Positions 1-14,500 of a stretch of 61,391 nucleotides of DNA are shown here, in pieces. The stretch's first letter is position 1, and the number at the start of each line of letters is the position of its first letter. Under the pieces are notes generated by a model that was not told the origin of the DNA, ran no database searches, and saw nothing but the letters and a program-made list of their open reading frames with translations. Position numbers and translations under genes: made by a program. The DNA is taken from positions 186,001 to 247,391 of the forward strand of contig KZ537963.1 in the NCBI GenBank assembly GCA_000934665.2, given 5' to 3'. Origin of the DNA: Catajapyx aquilonaris. Taxonomy: Eukaryota.

Positions 1-3000
1 CATTGTCATCTGGAATGTACGTTACATTCAAACTTTTTCTATATGTTTGTCAAATTTTTTGACAATTTTCTGTCAATAATTTTTTTTGACTACGTATTAT
101 TAAACGTCACACAGTGCATAGTAGTGTTGCCTGAAAGCAACAAAGCTATACACATATGTTCCCAAATATTCCAACTACTAATCTTCAATTATATGTCATA
201 TTTTTACGGTTAATTTTTAATAAAAGGTCAGCACATTTGCACAATGTGAACCAAAAGCAACAGTCAGCAACATCTCTTCTAACTTACTATAAGACACTTT
301 TTCAATAATTGCAATTTGAATTAAATGTGAAAGTCTGTGTCGCCATGTTCAATTACTGTGGAATCCAATCCGGTTATTAACTTTAGTGTGTAAGTACCTT
401 TCATTAGCCCCGTAATAAACTTGACCGGGCCAGTTTACCTCGCCCCCTTGCTAGGTGCAACACCAATTCCCATTCCACGGCAAACCTCCCCAAAAAATTT
501 ACTGTTGATGCCTTCCAAATGACCGAACCACACAAAAATTACGACTCTTTTAAAATCCCTCATTACCGTCCTGACCCTGACTTAATGCAACAGGCTCAGG
601 TACTAATTTCCACCCTCAAGACACACACGTTTTACTGTACTTGTGAGGTTCGAGTTTTTTGTGTGTGTTTCCTCAGCAGAAGACCCAAGCGTTATATTCA
701 GCTTCCCCAACTTTTTGGTAGTTATTATTATTCCGAAGAGCTGATGGCCTTGGCATTCTCCAAGTTGCTGGCTCCATTTTGGCCTGACGGGTCAGAGGGA
801 CCAACCAACAGTGTGCCCCGAGGGCGACGGAAAAAGGGGCAGTGCTTCCATCGCAGGCCTCGATTTATTGCAGGAGAAGAGGGGCAATCCTATAGTTCTG
901 GTGCACTTGGCTCTCTTCAAGGATGACATGTGCCCTCGAGGGATCCGAACCTCGCTTTCCCTTCATTTTCTTTTTTTTTGTGTGTTTTGTTTAGATGGAG
1001 GGGGGGACTGGCTACTCTGGCCATGTATGAAAGCTCTGGGACCAACAGTGGGCCCCCTTGGTGAAATGATCTTCGATTCAAATCATGCCATGAATTTATG
1101 ATTCGAAGCAGGCGCCGAAGGTAAGAGTGATCTAGCCTGGCAAGATTGTAAAGTCATTCATATCGGAATTCAGTGGGAAAGGCTTCCAGTTGAAATATGT
1201 CTTCAACACGAGGGCTGTGATGGCTTCGTCAACATTGTAGCAAGTGTTAGGCTCAATAGTATATGCCTACTGATTAATTGGATTTACAAAAAAAAAGAGC
1301 GGCACTCTACATACAACTTGACGTTGGCTTTCTTATTACACTCGCCTGATGAATGAGGCTTGGTCGGGGCTTCCCAAAAAGGCAACCCCTCCACAATTTC
1401 CATGGAATTGGCGAGAGTAGCTGTATCGAAGCGTAAATCCGGGGGCTTTCCTCTCACCCCCAACCCTCTCTGAACTGCATATACTCCTCATCCAGCCAAC
1501 CTCGCGTGCAAGCTCTGGCTTCAATTACGACCCAAACATGGGGGGCTACCATGTGTATAATGAAACACCTTCAACAAACTCCCTGGGAGCTGAGTACACC
1601 TTCATCCACCTAGTGGTGTGCAACAGGTGATTACGACTTTTTTTCCCCCTATATATAACCGAGCAGTAAAAGTCGCACCAAATTTGGATTGTCTAGAAGT
1701 AAAATGCTCTAAAATTCAGCGTACTAACCTAACGTGAATGGCTGTTGAGGTAATCATATTTTTTGAATAATAAAAAAATCCCAGCCAGTTTTTCTATAGA
1801 GGTTATAGATGTTCTCCAGCGCCATCTTTTTCCTGGCAGTAATTTTCTCGACCATTTGCAAGACCTCAAAGGCATCGAATTTGTCTATTTTTTGGGAGCT
1901 CCAAAGCTGCACACGCGACTGTCCTCAAAGCGCCACTTGTGAGTTTTGAATATCAGACGTCGTGACCATTAACTCTGATAACAAGCTGCAGTTCGAGTCC
2001 TCTCGGTTTTGTGTCCGACGGAGTTTCAAACATCGGTTGGAGGGCCCTTGGAATCCCCCGAGTGCAAGAGTCACGTTTCAAAGAGCCTGGTCCGCAGCAG
2101 CAGGAAATGGGTCAAGATGTGGACCCGAAATTCTGTCGGACACGGTGACAAAGGCGAACCCTTCCTCTATTGGGACGGTCATTATAGAGATATTAAATTA
2201 ATTACCGCCTTGCCCTCCCCCCTTCATGTTGGAGTTGCAAACTTTCCGTGATGTGCTGCTTCGGCCGGGTGTTGTCAACCCTTATCTTGCGACAATGCTT
2301 TTTTGCCAACCTGACTGATGAAAACTGTCAGCGCTGCCAACTCCCCGGCATGTCTAATTCATCTGGAGGTCCCAACCTGGCTCCCGGTTCTGATAACAGG
2401 GGATGTGTACAATGCTAAAATTTTTGCCAACAACGGCAACGAGCCCTTTTGGCACGTCAAAAGTGGCTGATAATGTCGGACCGACCGGGTAGACAAATAA
2501 GGTACAAGGCATTTTAGTCACTCACAAGGTGTGGGTGCAGGTTGATAACAGCAGGCGGGGCTATTCCTTAGAGAGAGAAAAATTGCGTAGGTGTGATTAT
2601 ATACCCCCGATGGGGATATTCTCAAAAGTACAGTCCGCTACATATAGGACACTCGGGGTGGAATGTAATTCATTTTTTAATTAATTCAGGTGCCAACTAC
2701 ATATAATTTGTTACGAGTGCAACCAAGTGCGCACCCACAGTTGCTCAGATCCATTGTTCTAACAATAACGTTGCCAGAGTTGCTCCCCAGGGTACAAATT
2801 CCTGCCAGAGATTTGGCAACGTCGAAAACGTCCGCCATTTTGTGTTTCCTCAAGTGTAGCGTTGGAAATAAGTACATCGCACTACACTCTACTATACAGA
2901 GAGCTTACCATCGATCATTAATGCCAACCGTGCATGCTGAGCGAACTCGGGTGCGCAATCGGTTGTGTTCGTAAAGAAAGTTCATCAATAGTTCACCTTA

Positions 3001-5491
3001 GTGTGTCCGGATCATTATGATACACCCTGTGCGTCCCATTACATTTCTGGCATAATGAAGGCCCTCCCTGGAGCCAAACCAGGTCCGGATGTAAACCAAT
3101 CCGGTGTATCTGAGGAATCCATCTTGGGCTATTGAGAACCCTCGGCGGCTTGCTGCATAGTATAGTTGTCGTGTGAATATCAATGCGCCTTGGTGTAGGC
3201 AAATTGGAGTTTCTAGTTCCTGAGCTGGTCTGCCCCTAGAGAAGGCCATGTCTTCCAGCTATGAATTACAAGGTTCAGGACAAACACGTTTGGCTGCATC
3301 CGCCCTTTTACGGGGGCCTCTCCATGAGGTCTTGCCTGGATTTATAAAGTAGTGTGCTCCACCTGTACTACCCCCCTTTGTCTTCCGTGTGGGTTGTCAT
3401 GCCACTGGGTTTTCGACCTATTAAAAGACGTATGAAACTACAAAAAAACATAATCTCCACAATTCCACACATACTTCAGATCGTCACATTCCACTTTAAT
3501 TAAAGCCCTCCCAAAACTCCATTTTTTTCAGCACTAGTCGAACCCACATTTTTGATGATTTTTCTCATCATCGGCATAATAGGACCATCGAGTATAGCAG
3601 CACGCTTCGTCACATCATGCACATAAAGAACTGCATGGGAGAGAAGGCTAAATTCCAGCCCCACAAAGGGCCGACGTCCAGAAAAATTCCTTGGAGGATT
3701 TGCGAGCATCGAGTGCTCGTAATCTGTTATGCTTCGTCACCGCCTAATTGTATCATTAAGTAGTCGAAGGGGCCACCATTTTTTGTTATTGTCACGCGGC
3801 CGATCCGCTGAGAAAGAATCAGTTCGTGTCCAGAAGATCAAGATGCCATTAATTCCAGCTAATCGTGCAACTCTTAAAATAAAACACTCCTGGTCAGTCG
3901 GCCGGACTTTTTTTTTTGCAAACATTCTTTGCAAGTCATATGTATAGTGAGCCGGATGCCAAAATTTGGCACGATAGTGACAATCAAACAACTTTAATGA
4001 GATAGCCCGCCGATTTACCACGCACTACTATTCTTCACACAGAGATGGCGTGTACTCCCCTGCATGGTCCTGCTACCGTGCGAGAGATAGGGATACTAAC
4101 TTGTAGCGGCGGAGAGAATTTACTGAAAGTTTCTCGAAAAAACTGAGCTCTGTTGGTAATCCGACGTTCTATGCAAAGGAGTGTCCTCGTAGCGTCCCCA
4201 ATTTGAACGGACGACCATTAACTGGGACAAACGATATGTCCAGCAGCCAAACGACACCGTGCACATTCGACGCGGGTTTGTCCATCCGTGAATAGTTATT
4301 CCCAACGTTAGTTGCATCAGGGGGCTGTAATACGCGTTTCACCATCAAGTGAGGGTGGGGAGGTATATCGCTCACTGATGGTTGAAGGCCTGTGATCTGT
4401 GATGCGGCCCTCTCTCTCTCTCTCTCCCCCTCTCATCTACACCACACGTTTAATGAGTGCTGTCGGCAGCGGCTTGATGCCAATGAGCATTTTCGGTGGG
4501 GTCCGAACAGGGGAAGTTTGGCTAATTCCATGCGGTTTAGGTGCCAACATACACACCAGCAGAATCCTGGTGGAAGATAAATCCTGGCATATTTTGCGTG
4601 CCTTTTAGTATCGAATTTGGGATTGGCTTTTTGTGCAGAAGCGTTCACATTTTTTTCTCAGCTCTTTAAGCGGTGACGACAGGACTTGTATGTTGCGGAA
4701 GAAAAATCGGCGCAGTCTTCCTTTGTTTGCAGAAAAGCTACTGGGGGAAAGACGGGTGATTTATCGCTTCTTCTCATGGAGAAGCGAGGAGCCAGTATGC
4801 ATTACACACAGTCAGACCTGAATCCGCATCTGTGAAGCACGACTTAAAAAGCAGGCCCCGACGGTTTCTATCACGAGCTGGCACTGACCATATAATAACC
4901 GGCTTATTTACGGGTGGTTAAACTGGCGCAATAAATGTTCCAAAGTTGTGGATCGAAAGACTCATCGACGAAATAATGGGATTGTTGAGATGACACAATG
5001 TCTGAATTTTGTTTGCAAAAATAATGCGTATTTACTTATTTGAATTAATAAAATAGATATGAACCTACTATAGTAGACGACCTCCCAGAAGCCCCTCCCT
5101 TCCCCTATAAAAGCCCAGTGTTATTATACCTCTGTCAATCACCTCACCCCTTGATAATCTGACAATTAAAAACCTGTTGTCTCGCATGCAATTAATGGCC
5201 GCGGACTCGGATTCCTCAGGTAATCCCCATCTACGGCGCCACGGATAATAATGAACTGCTTGGAAAATGCTGTGAGTTGTATACCAATTCGTGTAACCAC
5301 CAACCTACAGGCCTTTTTAGGCGTCATCATCCTCTCGGTGTTTCTTCCGCGTTCTCTAAACAGGTCATTGAAGCCTCTTGTAAATTATACCCAGCCCCTT
5401 TTGTGCCAGCAGGTGCCGCGCAACACACATGCTCGAATATTTCATTCGAAGGTGAGCTCCGAATAAAATTAATATCAGCAAAATGCATGTA

Positions 5492-5556
5492 ACTTACTAT
5501 ACAATGCTGGATGTCAGGAAAGCACCAACTCACCTGGAAGACAAGAAAATAAAGTG
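5492..5556 (-). other. Candidate recursive splice site with 36-nt cryptic RS-exon (or microexon)
   Basis: Minus strand reads CACTTTATTTTCTTGTCTTCCAG|GTGAGT (junction 5534/5533) after an AG-free stretch of ~68 nt, then ATA|GTAAGT at 5497-5492. Confidence 0.55.
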
Positions 5557-8500
5557 TCATGAACAATGCCGCCATAATCATAATAAAGAAGGCAATGATA
5601 TACACTGCTGAAAACACGCTCACAACAATGTGTCGGCCCTTTCCTGTCCGCAATCAATCAACTTCGAGCGAGAATTGAGAAGAAAAAGGCCCAGTGAATC
5701 AAGCCCATTCCGTTCCATTTGCCATAAAAATGAAGTTGAACTGGTGAGGACTTTCCCCTTGAAATAGAAGCGCGTTTGAGGGACAATAAAATCCTAATTG
5801 GAGCTCGTAGTCTTGATTGCCAACTGGGGTCCTCCGAAAGTGCTCAGGTGAAGTCACTAGACAGCCAATCGGCTCTTAGAATAAAAAGAAACGGAGCTGA
5901 AGCAGACGAGACCTTAGTAAGGAGAAGGAGAAAAAAAAGTCGCAGGGTTGTCGTCGCCTTCTCGACACGAGTTGGCAGGCCAGACAATAAAATGTACGCC
6001 TCAAGTGTTTACGGCCTGTAAATCTGCCGAGTGACATGAACTATCTTCCGAAGCAGCTTCCTCTGATTGTACAACCGCTCGATTATGGTTTTGCAAAAGA
6101 GTTTTTGGCAACGTTTGCTAGAACGTCATGTATGAATATATTTTTTGGGGGTTCGTTCAGTCGCCATAAAACCCTCCTGCGGCGTTATGCCAGTCTCGTT
6201 CATAAATATTACATTAAGGAAAAGCCGGCTTTGCCTTTGGCCCCGAGTAGATTTCACACACTGCCAGGCCCTGGGTTGGTTGCTGGTCTAGAATGGGGAG
6301 TGACCTCCGCTCAAACTGGGGATTCGTGGGACTATTCATCATCATGGGATACCAACCGCCATTAACTCTCACAACCCAGGCAATCAGGATTATGGTTATT
6401 TTCATCCCTATATACCGTCCTGCAATGCTGGGACTGAAAATTACTCATTCAAAAGCTATACAGTACGAAAGAAAATTACACGTTTAAAAGCAGGCAACAT
6501 TTTCGTAACTGGGAGTAAGGAAGAAAATTAATTAAATATTTTCCCAGAATTTTAGTGAAGTACGGTACGACTTAGAGGAACTGGTCTCTTGAGTGAAAAT
6601 TAATCAAATAGCTATAATCGTGTTATATAAGTGGAAAGTGGAGGGAGAAATAACTGAAATTGAGCCAAATGTTTATTTTTCGCTGGAAAAATATTAGTTT
6701 TAGAACGTGCTCAGTATGCATATATATTATGCAAATATTATACGTATAATGTATCTTAATGCCTATGAGAATTATCAACATTTTGAAGGTGACAATGTGC
6801 GATAACAGATAAACTCTCGCCATAAAAATCATATCGGTCTAAACCCTCTGGTATATATCTCCCTCCAAAATCCCAATCAGCCGTTCCATTAATTGGTCTT
6901 ATCTAAATTAAGATCAGAGTTGGTGCGACGTCGTCAGGCCGCAAAACCCGCAGACAAACGGCGGGTTGCCCCCTACCCTTAGCTGGCTGACCCTTACTAA
7001 TCACGTCATTTGTCAAGGAAGTCTTCCCAATCTCTGCCATGGACAGCTACATCAGGGCGTGTGTTGGGATCTTTTACAAGCCTGACCCCCCCTACACCAC
7101 AGGTTTCTCATGCACAAAAATTGGCTAGAAAGTCGGCCCCACCGAATTAGATGTCCCGACAATCGAAATGGGAGGAAAGCTCCCAGAGTGAAGAATGGCG
7201 GCGGAAAAAGGGGAACAAAGAAACGATTCCGTGCCCACATCACTTGAAGGAGGAAAAGGAAGTGTCCGTCCCCCTCTTCCCTCAAGATTTGTGGGCCAGT
7301 AACTTAACGTGTGTGACGTAAAATGTGTCAGTCTTAAGAGTGAGTGTCAGCCTCCCCGGTAGGAAAGCATTTAAGCAGTTGCTGCTGGGTTTGGACTGGC
7401 GAAATTTATGGGTGACGTGAGTTTTCTTTTATGGGGTCAATTTTGCGAGCGATTGCGAGGTAATTGCACGATTAAAGAAATTTTTTTCTGCGCATTTCTC
7501 AAGTGAAACTGCAGGCAGATAAGGAACCGTTAGCGTACTCCTGGGAACAGACCATTAATACTGAAGATATTGATAAATTATTGAGCAATTTTGCGAATGT
7601 GAATATTTTAAAACACACTATTCATATTGTGGCCAGCTCCACCTATTACTGAAAGAACTGATGATTCCGGTTCTTGCAAAAGTGATCAGATGGCGCCACT
7701 TCCTTAAATGAGTGTACACACCACCAGACATTACAGATTATAACATTTGCCCCAATGAAAAATGCAATTATTGCAATTGTTAATTACAAAATAAATGCCG
7801 GAAAGCATTATACACATTCATTAATCAATTTATAGGCGCCGATTGCACACATTTCAATACGTCACTATTATCCTGACCAGACGGCTAACCACAAGCCAGT
7901 GCCGCCTGACTGGTTGCCTAATACCAAGGATGTAACCTGAATACCTCTTCTTTACAATGTGAAAGACAACAGTAAGCCACTGAGAAATTCTTTCTCCTCG
8001 GGTCTCTCCAAGGGCCTAATCCACTAAGGTAAAAAAAGGGTCGGCAAGAACAAAGGAAAGAATGAAATATGAGACGCAAAGTTGGAAGAGATGAAAGGTA
8101 TGTAGCCATAATACGAGCGTATACAACTAGCTGGAGTATGTCTGCACTGTGAGCACAAAAGCTTGCAGATAAAGATTTTTATGCATGCAAAAAATATATA
8201 TATATTGTAAGGTCCCGTTTGGTTGATCCACGCGGCTGCTGCCATTTATAATAACGTGTGATCTCAGCAGTTATATCTCCCTTCCTTTCCCTTCCTCCTT
8301 CCTGCAGGCGTCTCATAAATTATAGACAACCCGCATTTTAGAACACGACAAAGCGTAATCGAAACAATAAATCTCTTTTTTCTTCCAGACTAAGACGAAT
8401 GAGTTTGATATTCATGGAATCTTTTTCGATTTCCCTAGTTTTTTTTAAAGGTTCGCTGCTGTTGCTTCTGTTTCCTTGTCCTTCGTGTCAAATCCCCATT

Positions 8501-11500
8501 CACACAATGCTTTTTTTTTGTGCGAGATTTTTTTTTGTCAGATACTGTTATGGGGACTGGAGATTTCCAACGCGGAAAGGCACTTGGAAACAGTCCAGTT
8601 GCAGTTCGATATGCATTTACATGGTAGCCTCATCCGTTCCGACAGGATTTGTTCGAGCGGAAAATGACAAACAAATCCGACCCAAGAATTGGACAACAAA
8701 AAAAAACTTAGAACATTTTCATTTTCGATCCTGAACCTTCCTTTTCCGCAACAGTTACTCGGACTGTTATTTTCATCTAAAAATGTGTGAATCTGGCACT
8801 TTCTAGAGCAGCTTGCCCACAATATAACAGACCAGTAATAGATTTCTTTTTTTTTACAACAACTGGTAGAAAAAGTCGAATTAGTCCCCTAGAGACCACG
8901 TGGCGAAATAAGTTTCGTGGCAAGAAAGCTCCTGGGTCAATTCTTCGGCCCTTCTAGGTCCCTCAACCACACAGCGACCTAAAAAAAAAAGGTCGAAAGG
9001 AGAGGAAGAAAAAAAGAGAGAAAATAAATTCGAGGCACGCTCACACGTTCATAACGAATGTGGCACCCGAGGGACGACATCCTGGGCTTTTTTGGCTTTT
9101 TCAAAATGGCCTCTACATCCAGGCATTACAGTTCCCTTGCCTCCCTCGAAACGTGAGATGAAAGGGCTTGACGGGAATCAGCAGCGTTTCTTTGGAGAAC
9201 CTGTCACCAGCACTGTTCAGAAAATGGCCAAGTTGGCTTGGGGAAATTCCCACTTCTGTCCGTCTAGACGTTATCAAACCTAGCGCTTTTTAAGCCACCA
9301 GGAAAGAAGAAGGGAAATTGCTTCCAATAAAACATTCAAGCTTTTCTCGAGGATTTCCAAGAAGTGTGCACTCTCGATTCAATCACCTTCACCTCACTCT
9401 CATATCCCTTCCCCACTATATTAGATTGGGTCTTGTCACAACTTGACATGGAGACATCAAATCATACTCCACGACTTTATTGAAATGAAGGAAACGCGAC
9501 ACTTTAATTTTTCAATCCGTTGTGCTGGGTTATTGTCCAAGAATGTGCCTTACTTTTATATTTGAAAAATGCAGCCAGAATAAAATTATACTATGGCAAA
9601 GATGAAAAATGCGAGAGACCACAAAGGATGTATTTTTAGTCAGATAATACAAAATATTTCTATGGTGTTGAAAAGGCCAGCAAAAAACAGTTGCTTTCCA
9701 GTTTTTCAGAGTAACATCTTTTTTTTGGTGTCCGCGGTACAGTACCTGTATTTTTTTACAATATACGAGATTATACGCGTATAAAGGAACTTTTCATTAT
9801 TTAACAAGTTTTAATTATCGATAAAAAGGCGCTAATCTGTTTTAATTTGTAGCATTTTGTTCCAAACGGTATAATTTGTGTGTATCTGTTTTGCCTACTT
9901 GTAGGAATTTTTTTGAAGAAAAATTTCTCAAAAGGATGCTGCAATATTTGCTTGACTCATACTTGGTCTCTGACACAATCACTGGGGGAAAACCCTGGAT
10001 AAATCTGATCTTGCCATGATAAGGTCTTTGAACATCCCTGTCTTTCGGGGATTACACAGGCACAACATAAATCCATTTTTGGTATTAAAAATAAGATTAC
10101 TTTTGAAGACAAGCTTAGACAGGCGTACATTGCCATAACAAACAAATGTTTTTCTGCAAATATTGGAACGTTCGAGATAAATCAAATCTCCAAAAGTTAG
10201 CTTTCTTTTCATATTTTTAATATAAATATTTAATATGCCACAGGTTGTTTGCGATAGTCAGTTTTCGGCTGTTATATTTTATCCCCGCTGCAATATATTC
10301 AGCAAACATATATAGCTGATACTAACTGAAAAGAGTAACATATACTAGAACCTACTCCTTTTGAATTTTTCTCTAAACATTCCGAAAAGTTAAAGCCTAC
10401 GCATGATTTAAAATTCCGTTGGCTCCATTTTTGTACTGCGTTTGTATAATATTTTTTTGTAAGAAATTAGTGGAGTACTGTGGTGCATTAGAGTCAGAAC
10501 ACTGCTGCAGTGAATACCTCCAAGCCCGGCAGAAATAGTTTCCATCAAAACTATCCGTCTCGCCATGATTATTTAGGCGCAGGGTGGACGTTAAAAAGCG
10601 GGAGCGAAGGTCTATTAAAACTTTATCTGATTTGTGCCGGAATGGCTCTCCGGGGGTAATTCCTATGTAAATGTCACGAGGTTTAATTAGATGCGTGCGA
10701 TATGGACGACATCAACATGCTGGTTGATGGCTTGAACGACGGAGCCAGACGAGAGACACCATCCCCCATCCTCTCCCCCCTCATCCTAGCTTCATCCTCC
10801 GCACCCATCCATCCGTCCAAATATTTGGCAGGGAACCCATTTCGCTACGTGCAACTCGGCTCAAAACGTCGCCTAAGTGAAGCGACTCTGCCCGGATCTT
10901 CCGGAGTAAGAAAAGTCGCGGAAGATTTGATTAGCAAAAATATGAGTGAAAGAAGGAGCTGAGATTGCTGGGATGGGAGAGTCAGAGAGGAGGTTGGGTA
11001 AGGGAGGAGGGGGAGGGGGGGGAGGGGGAAAAGCGCAATTTCTACGGGCATAGGGCCCTCCAGGGAAGTGAGATAATGGCCGTAAAAGGAGCCTCGTTTC
11101 TAGTAAACAACCAGGGCCATCATAAAAAGCCATCTAAAAATTAACGTCGCTAGCTAAGAGATAATCTTCACGACTGGGAAATAGTGCCGATTTATTCAGT
11201 CAGGTGAGCACCCAAGCTTGGATTTCACTGCAAATGGATGTAGCCACCTTTTTTTACTCTTTGGTAGTGTAGAACAAGTGCGAAGGGGAAATGATGATGA
11301 AAGCAAAGTTACGATCCGGGTTTATGTGCGTCGGATTACCTGGAATTATCCGGAGAAAGCCCTGTGATTTCTGAGAGAGCCAAGTGAATATTACACACTC
11401 CATTCAAGTACAGTCAGTTTTACTATAAGCAGTGTTAGGTTTAGAAATAATAAACTCACTTAAAATAATTAGTGGAATTGTGCACCACCTTGTATGTGAA

Positions 11501-14500
11501 AGTTGTGTCCCAGCAGAATCTTCCCCTCTTATGCGCAACCCCTGCCAACTTATCTGAGAGTTAGAGACATTGATAAATGTCCAGTGCGGCATTACAGTGC
11601 TTGGTTCCCTCATCTGATAACACAACATTAAAGCGTTTGTTGATAAATGGTGGCTCCGATACGAGGGGAAAAGGTGAACAGGGTCGCGATTAAACCTCTT
11701 ATTTTTGCAGGGGAGAGAGACCTGCTGTGTCACAACGTTTACTACCAGTATACTGAGCAAAAACGGAAGGTAAATCACATTATTACAAGGGGGCAACCCA
11801 CTGGAAATTTAATCAGCCTGTTTTAAAAACTAAATAGCTCATTTCTCAATTACTCCTTGCCTCCGAGCAAACAGCCGTACTTTTGTAGGCACAGGTACGC
11901 CTCATTTGCACAACAATGTCCTGATGCGCACCCAGTTGTGAACAAAAACCTCCCAGTTATTTCTCCACGTGTGCTCTGGTGGGTATATGAACCAGCATTA
12001 GTTCGAGGCCATTAGACCAGCAAAGAACGCTGCTTGCAGGCCTCCACCATCATCATCGCAACCCATTCCCATCCGCCCTTGCAAAAAGCCTAGCAGTCCC
12101 CGGAATTTTCCTCCGGATTACAACCCCTCACAGTACAGGGTGAGCCAGAACGGTTGTCCACCAAAATGCTAATATTGTCTAATAAACCGAGTGCGCACTA
12201 CATTTCGGCGCATCGTGCAGGGTTGGAATTATCAATGATACCTGCTGTACTCACCCTGTGCGGCAGTCACCATTTCCCCCTCTCTATGCAACATACTCCT
12301 CTGGGTAAGCGAGTAGATTCATTTAACCAAATTGGAATAAGCGTGGCCGCCCACTTCCATCATCATCCGAGGGGGGGAGAGTCATAACGGCTGTCCGGGT
12401 TGCCGGCGTCGGTGATCAAGACAAATGCTTTGTCGTCGTCCCAAGAGAAAGGAGCAGAGGGGTCGAGTGGACGCAGACTGGAGACGCACCGACACGATTC
12501 TCATTAGCCTGGGACGAGCTTTGCCTTTCGTCAACCCGTCGACTCCGCGAATTACAAGCTGGACCCTGGGTTTTTGGTGGTGGGGGTGGGGGCTACCTTT
12601 TTACCCCTAGAGGCAGAAGCACAGTGGGAACCAGCCCTCTTTTGCTTTACGGGCTCTGTTAATTATGCTGGGCATTAGTAGTCTAATTAACTGGGCCGTG
12701 CTGGATATCGTTATGTCTGTCGGCTCGTTGCCTTTATCTGCCTATGGGCGAACATCGCGGAGATTTTTGGGGACCCCCGTACGCTCTTCTGGGATGGGAA
12801 TTGCGCTGGTGGACAGTTGGGCCAGGGACGGATACTTATTTGTTTTGCATTACCATATTTGCACTGCGGGGTGAGGGGATGGGTTCGAAATATTGCTTTG
12901 GTTATCGCGGTAATTTATTTTAAACGTGGAAGCATTATTGGGACGTGGCTTTGTTTACGTAACGTTGCATAACCAACATGTGGTCTGGGGGGTTTTCAGG
13001 TCATAATATTTGTGAAGTGCTATGGCGCGTGGTAAGCTCATAATGTATCTACTAGGCTAATATAGCTTTCAATGTCAGTATATCCACATATTTAAAAAAA
13101 TTATACAGCTCATAATCACACTTTGCACCTGGAAGGCTCGACTTTTGCATGGACTATTGCTATCCAACAAGGTATGAAAAATTCGACCCGCCCTGTAAAT
13201 CCCTCGTTAATCAGACCACCCGGTATTAAAATTCTGGCTGCAACGTTTATGTCGCGTGTTTTCATGTGATACAAAACGGGAAAGGACACTTATCAATTGT
13301 CGCAAATGGCCCATAAAAAGGTTATCGCAAGTCGCACAAAATTATCGGGCCGGGACTGACAGGTAGTGTTTTTAGAATTGTTACCGTACTTACACGATGC
13401 AATTCCGGTAATTAATGTGGGCCTATGGTGACTTCCTCGAATTTACGATATGTCCAGCCCATATTCGGGACACGTATAACGGATTATTATATGACTTGCT
13501 GGCACGTTAGGTGAGCAAGGGGAGTAGAGAGACAGGAGAGAGAAAAAAAGCTCTACCCCTCAGTTCTCTCAATATAATGAGATTAGCTACCCCGAAGGAG
13601 CACTGAAGATTAGGAAGAGGGAGGGCTGAAGAGACAACAGAGACAAGGAGGAAGGCACCAAAAAAAGTCAATAGCAAATACCAAAAAACTGACAGAAAAA
13701 ATTCAGGGAACACCCCCCTCGTGAAGCTCTCTCTCTCGAGGGAGACGTGGCCAATGCAAAGTTTGTCTTCGCGTGCTTTCTCCTACTTTTCATCATTTTG
13801 CCCCAGCATAAATCACTAGCCCCAGCACCACACGCTCGATATTCTACACTTCCCAGGGATACTCAGCAAATGATGGCTTTGCCCAAGTCGGACCGATTCA
13901 TCAAACAGCCGAACGAGCTTAGATCGTTTTTTATTTGGAGAGGAAGATGTCTTCAGTGCGACTTTTTTTGCGCTATGACATTTTTCGCTTCAAATTATAC
14001 CTTGTGTAATATTAGGGAATGTGACTTTAATGACACACATGCTTACAGTTTCCTCCAGAAGATAGTAAGTCTGTCATGTATTCTATTTCAACTCAAGTCC
14101 CAAGCCTGCCGTCACGTCGCTCACAATGCACGTTTTCGAAAAAATAAAAAATAAAAATGCGAGGCGGAACAGGGAGCGGAAATGAAAACCAGTGGGACCC
14201 CGTCGTCTAAACATAACCTTCGTGTCTCGCTGAAAGCTCGAGAAAGATGTGAACAAAATTGGGCTAATTTGGACTAGGAAGATGCTTGCCTGGGTTGGTT
14301 TCCATTAAGAGATGCTGTCGTCGTTTTGGGGGTTTGAGTGTCTGGCACTGTGCTGGAGAGACAGGCAGCCGGCCATCTGGCGGCACGTGTTGAAGAGTTG
14401 GGATAATGGCAACGTAAAAACCTCAAGAAGCCATTTTGGAAAAGGGCGAAGCTGATGTGCCCGTGGGTCCAAACTTCTCGGAGCCAGGAAGACACAAACG

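Noticed and set aside
11005..11030. Poly-G/C tracts as functional G-quadruplexes (also ~21545, 24332, 43400)
   Set aside because: Such tracts are scattered throughout the window and look like a genome-wide compositional trait.
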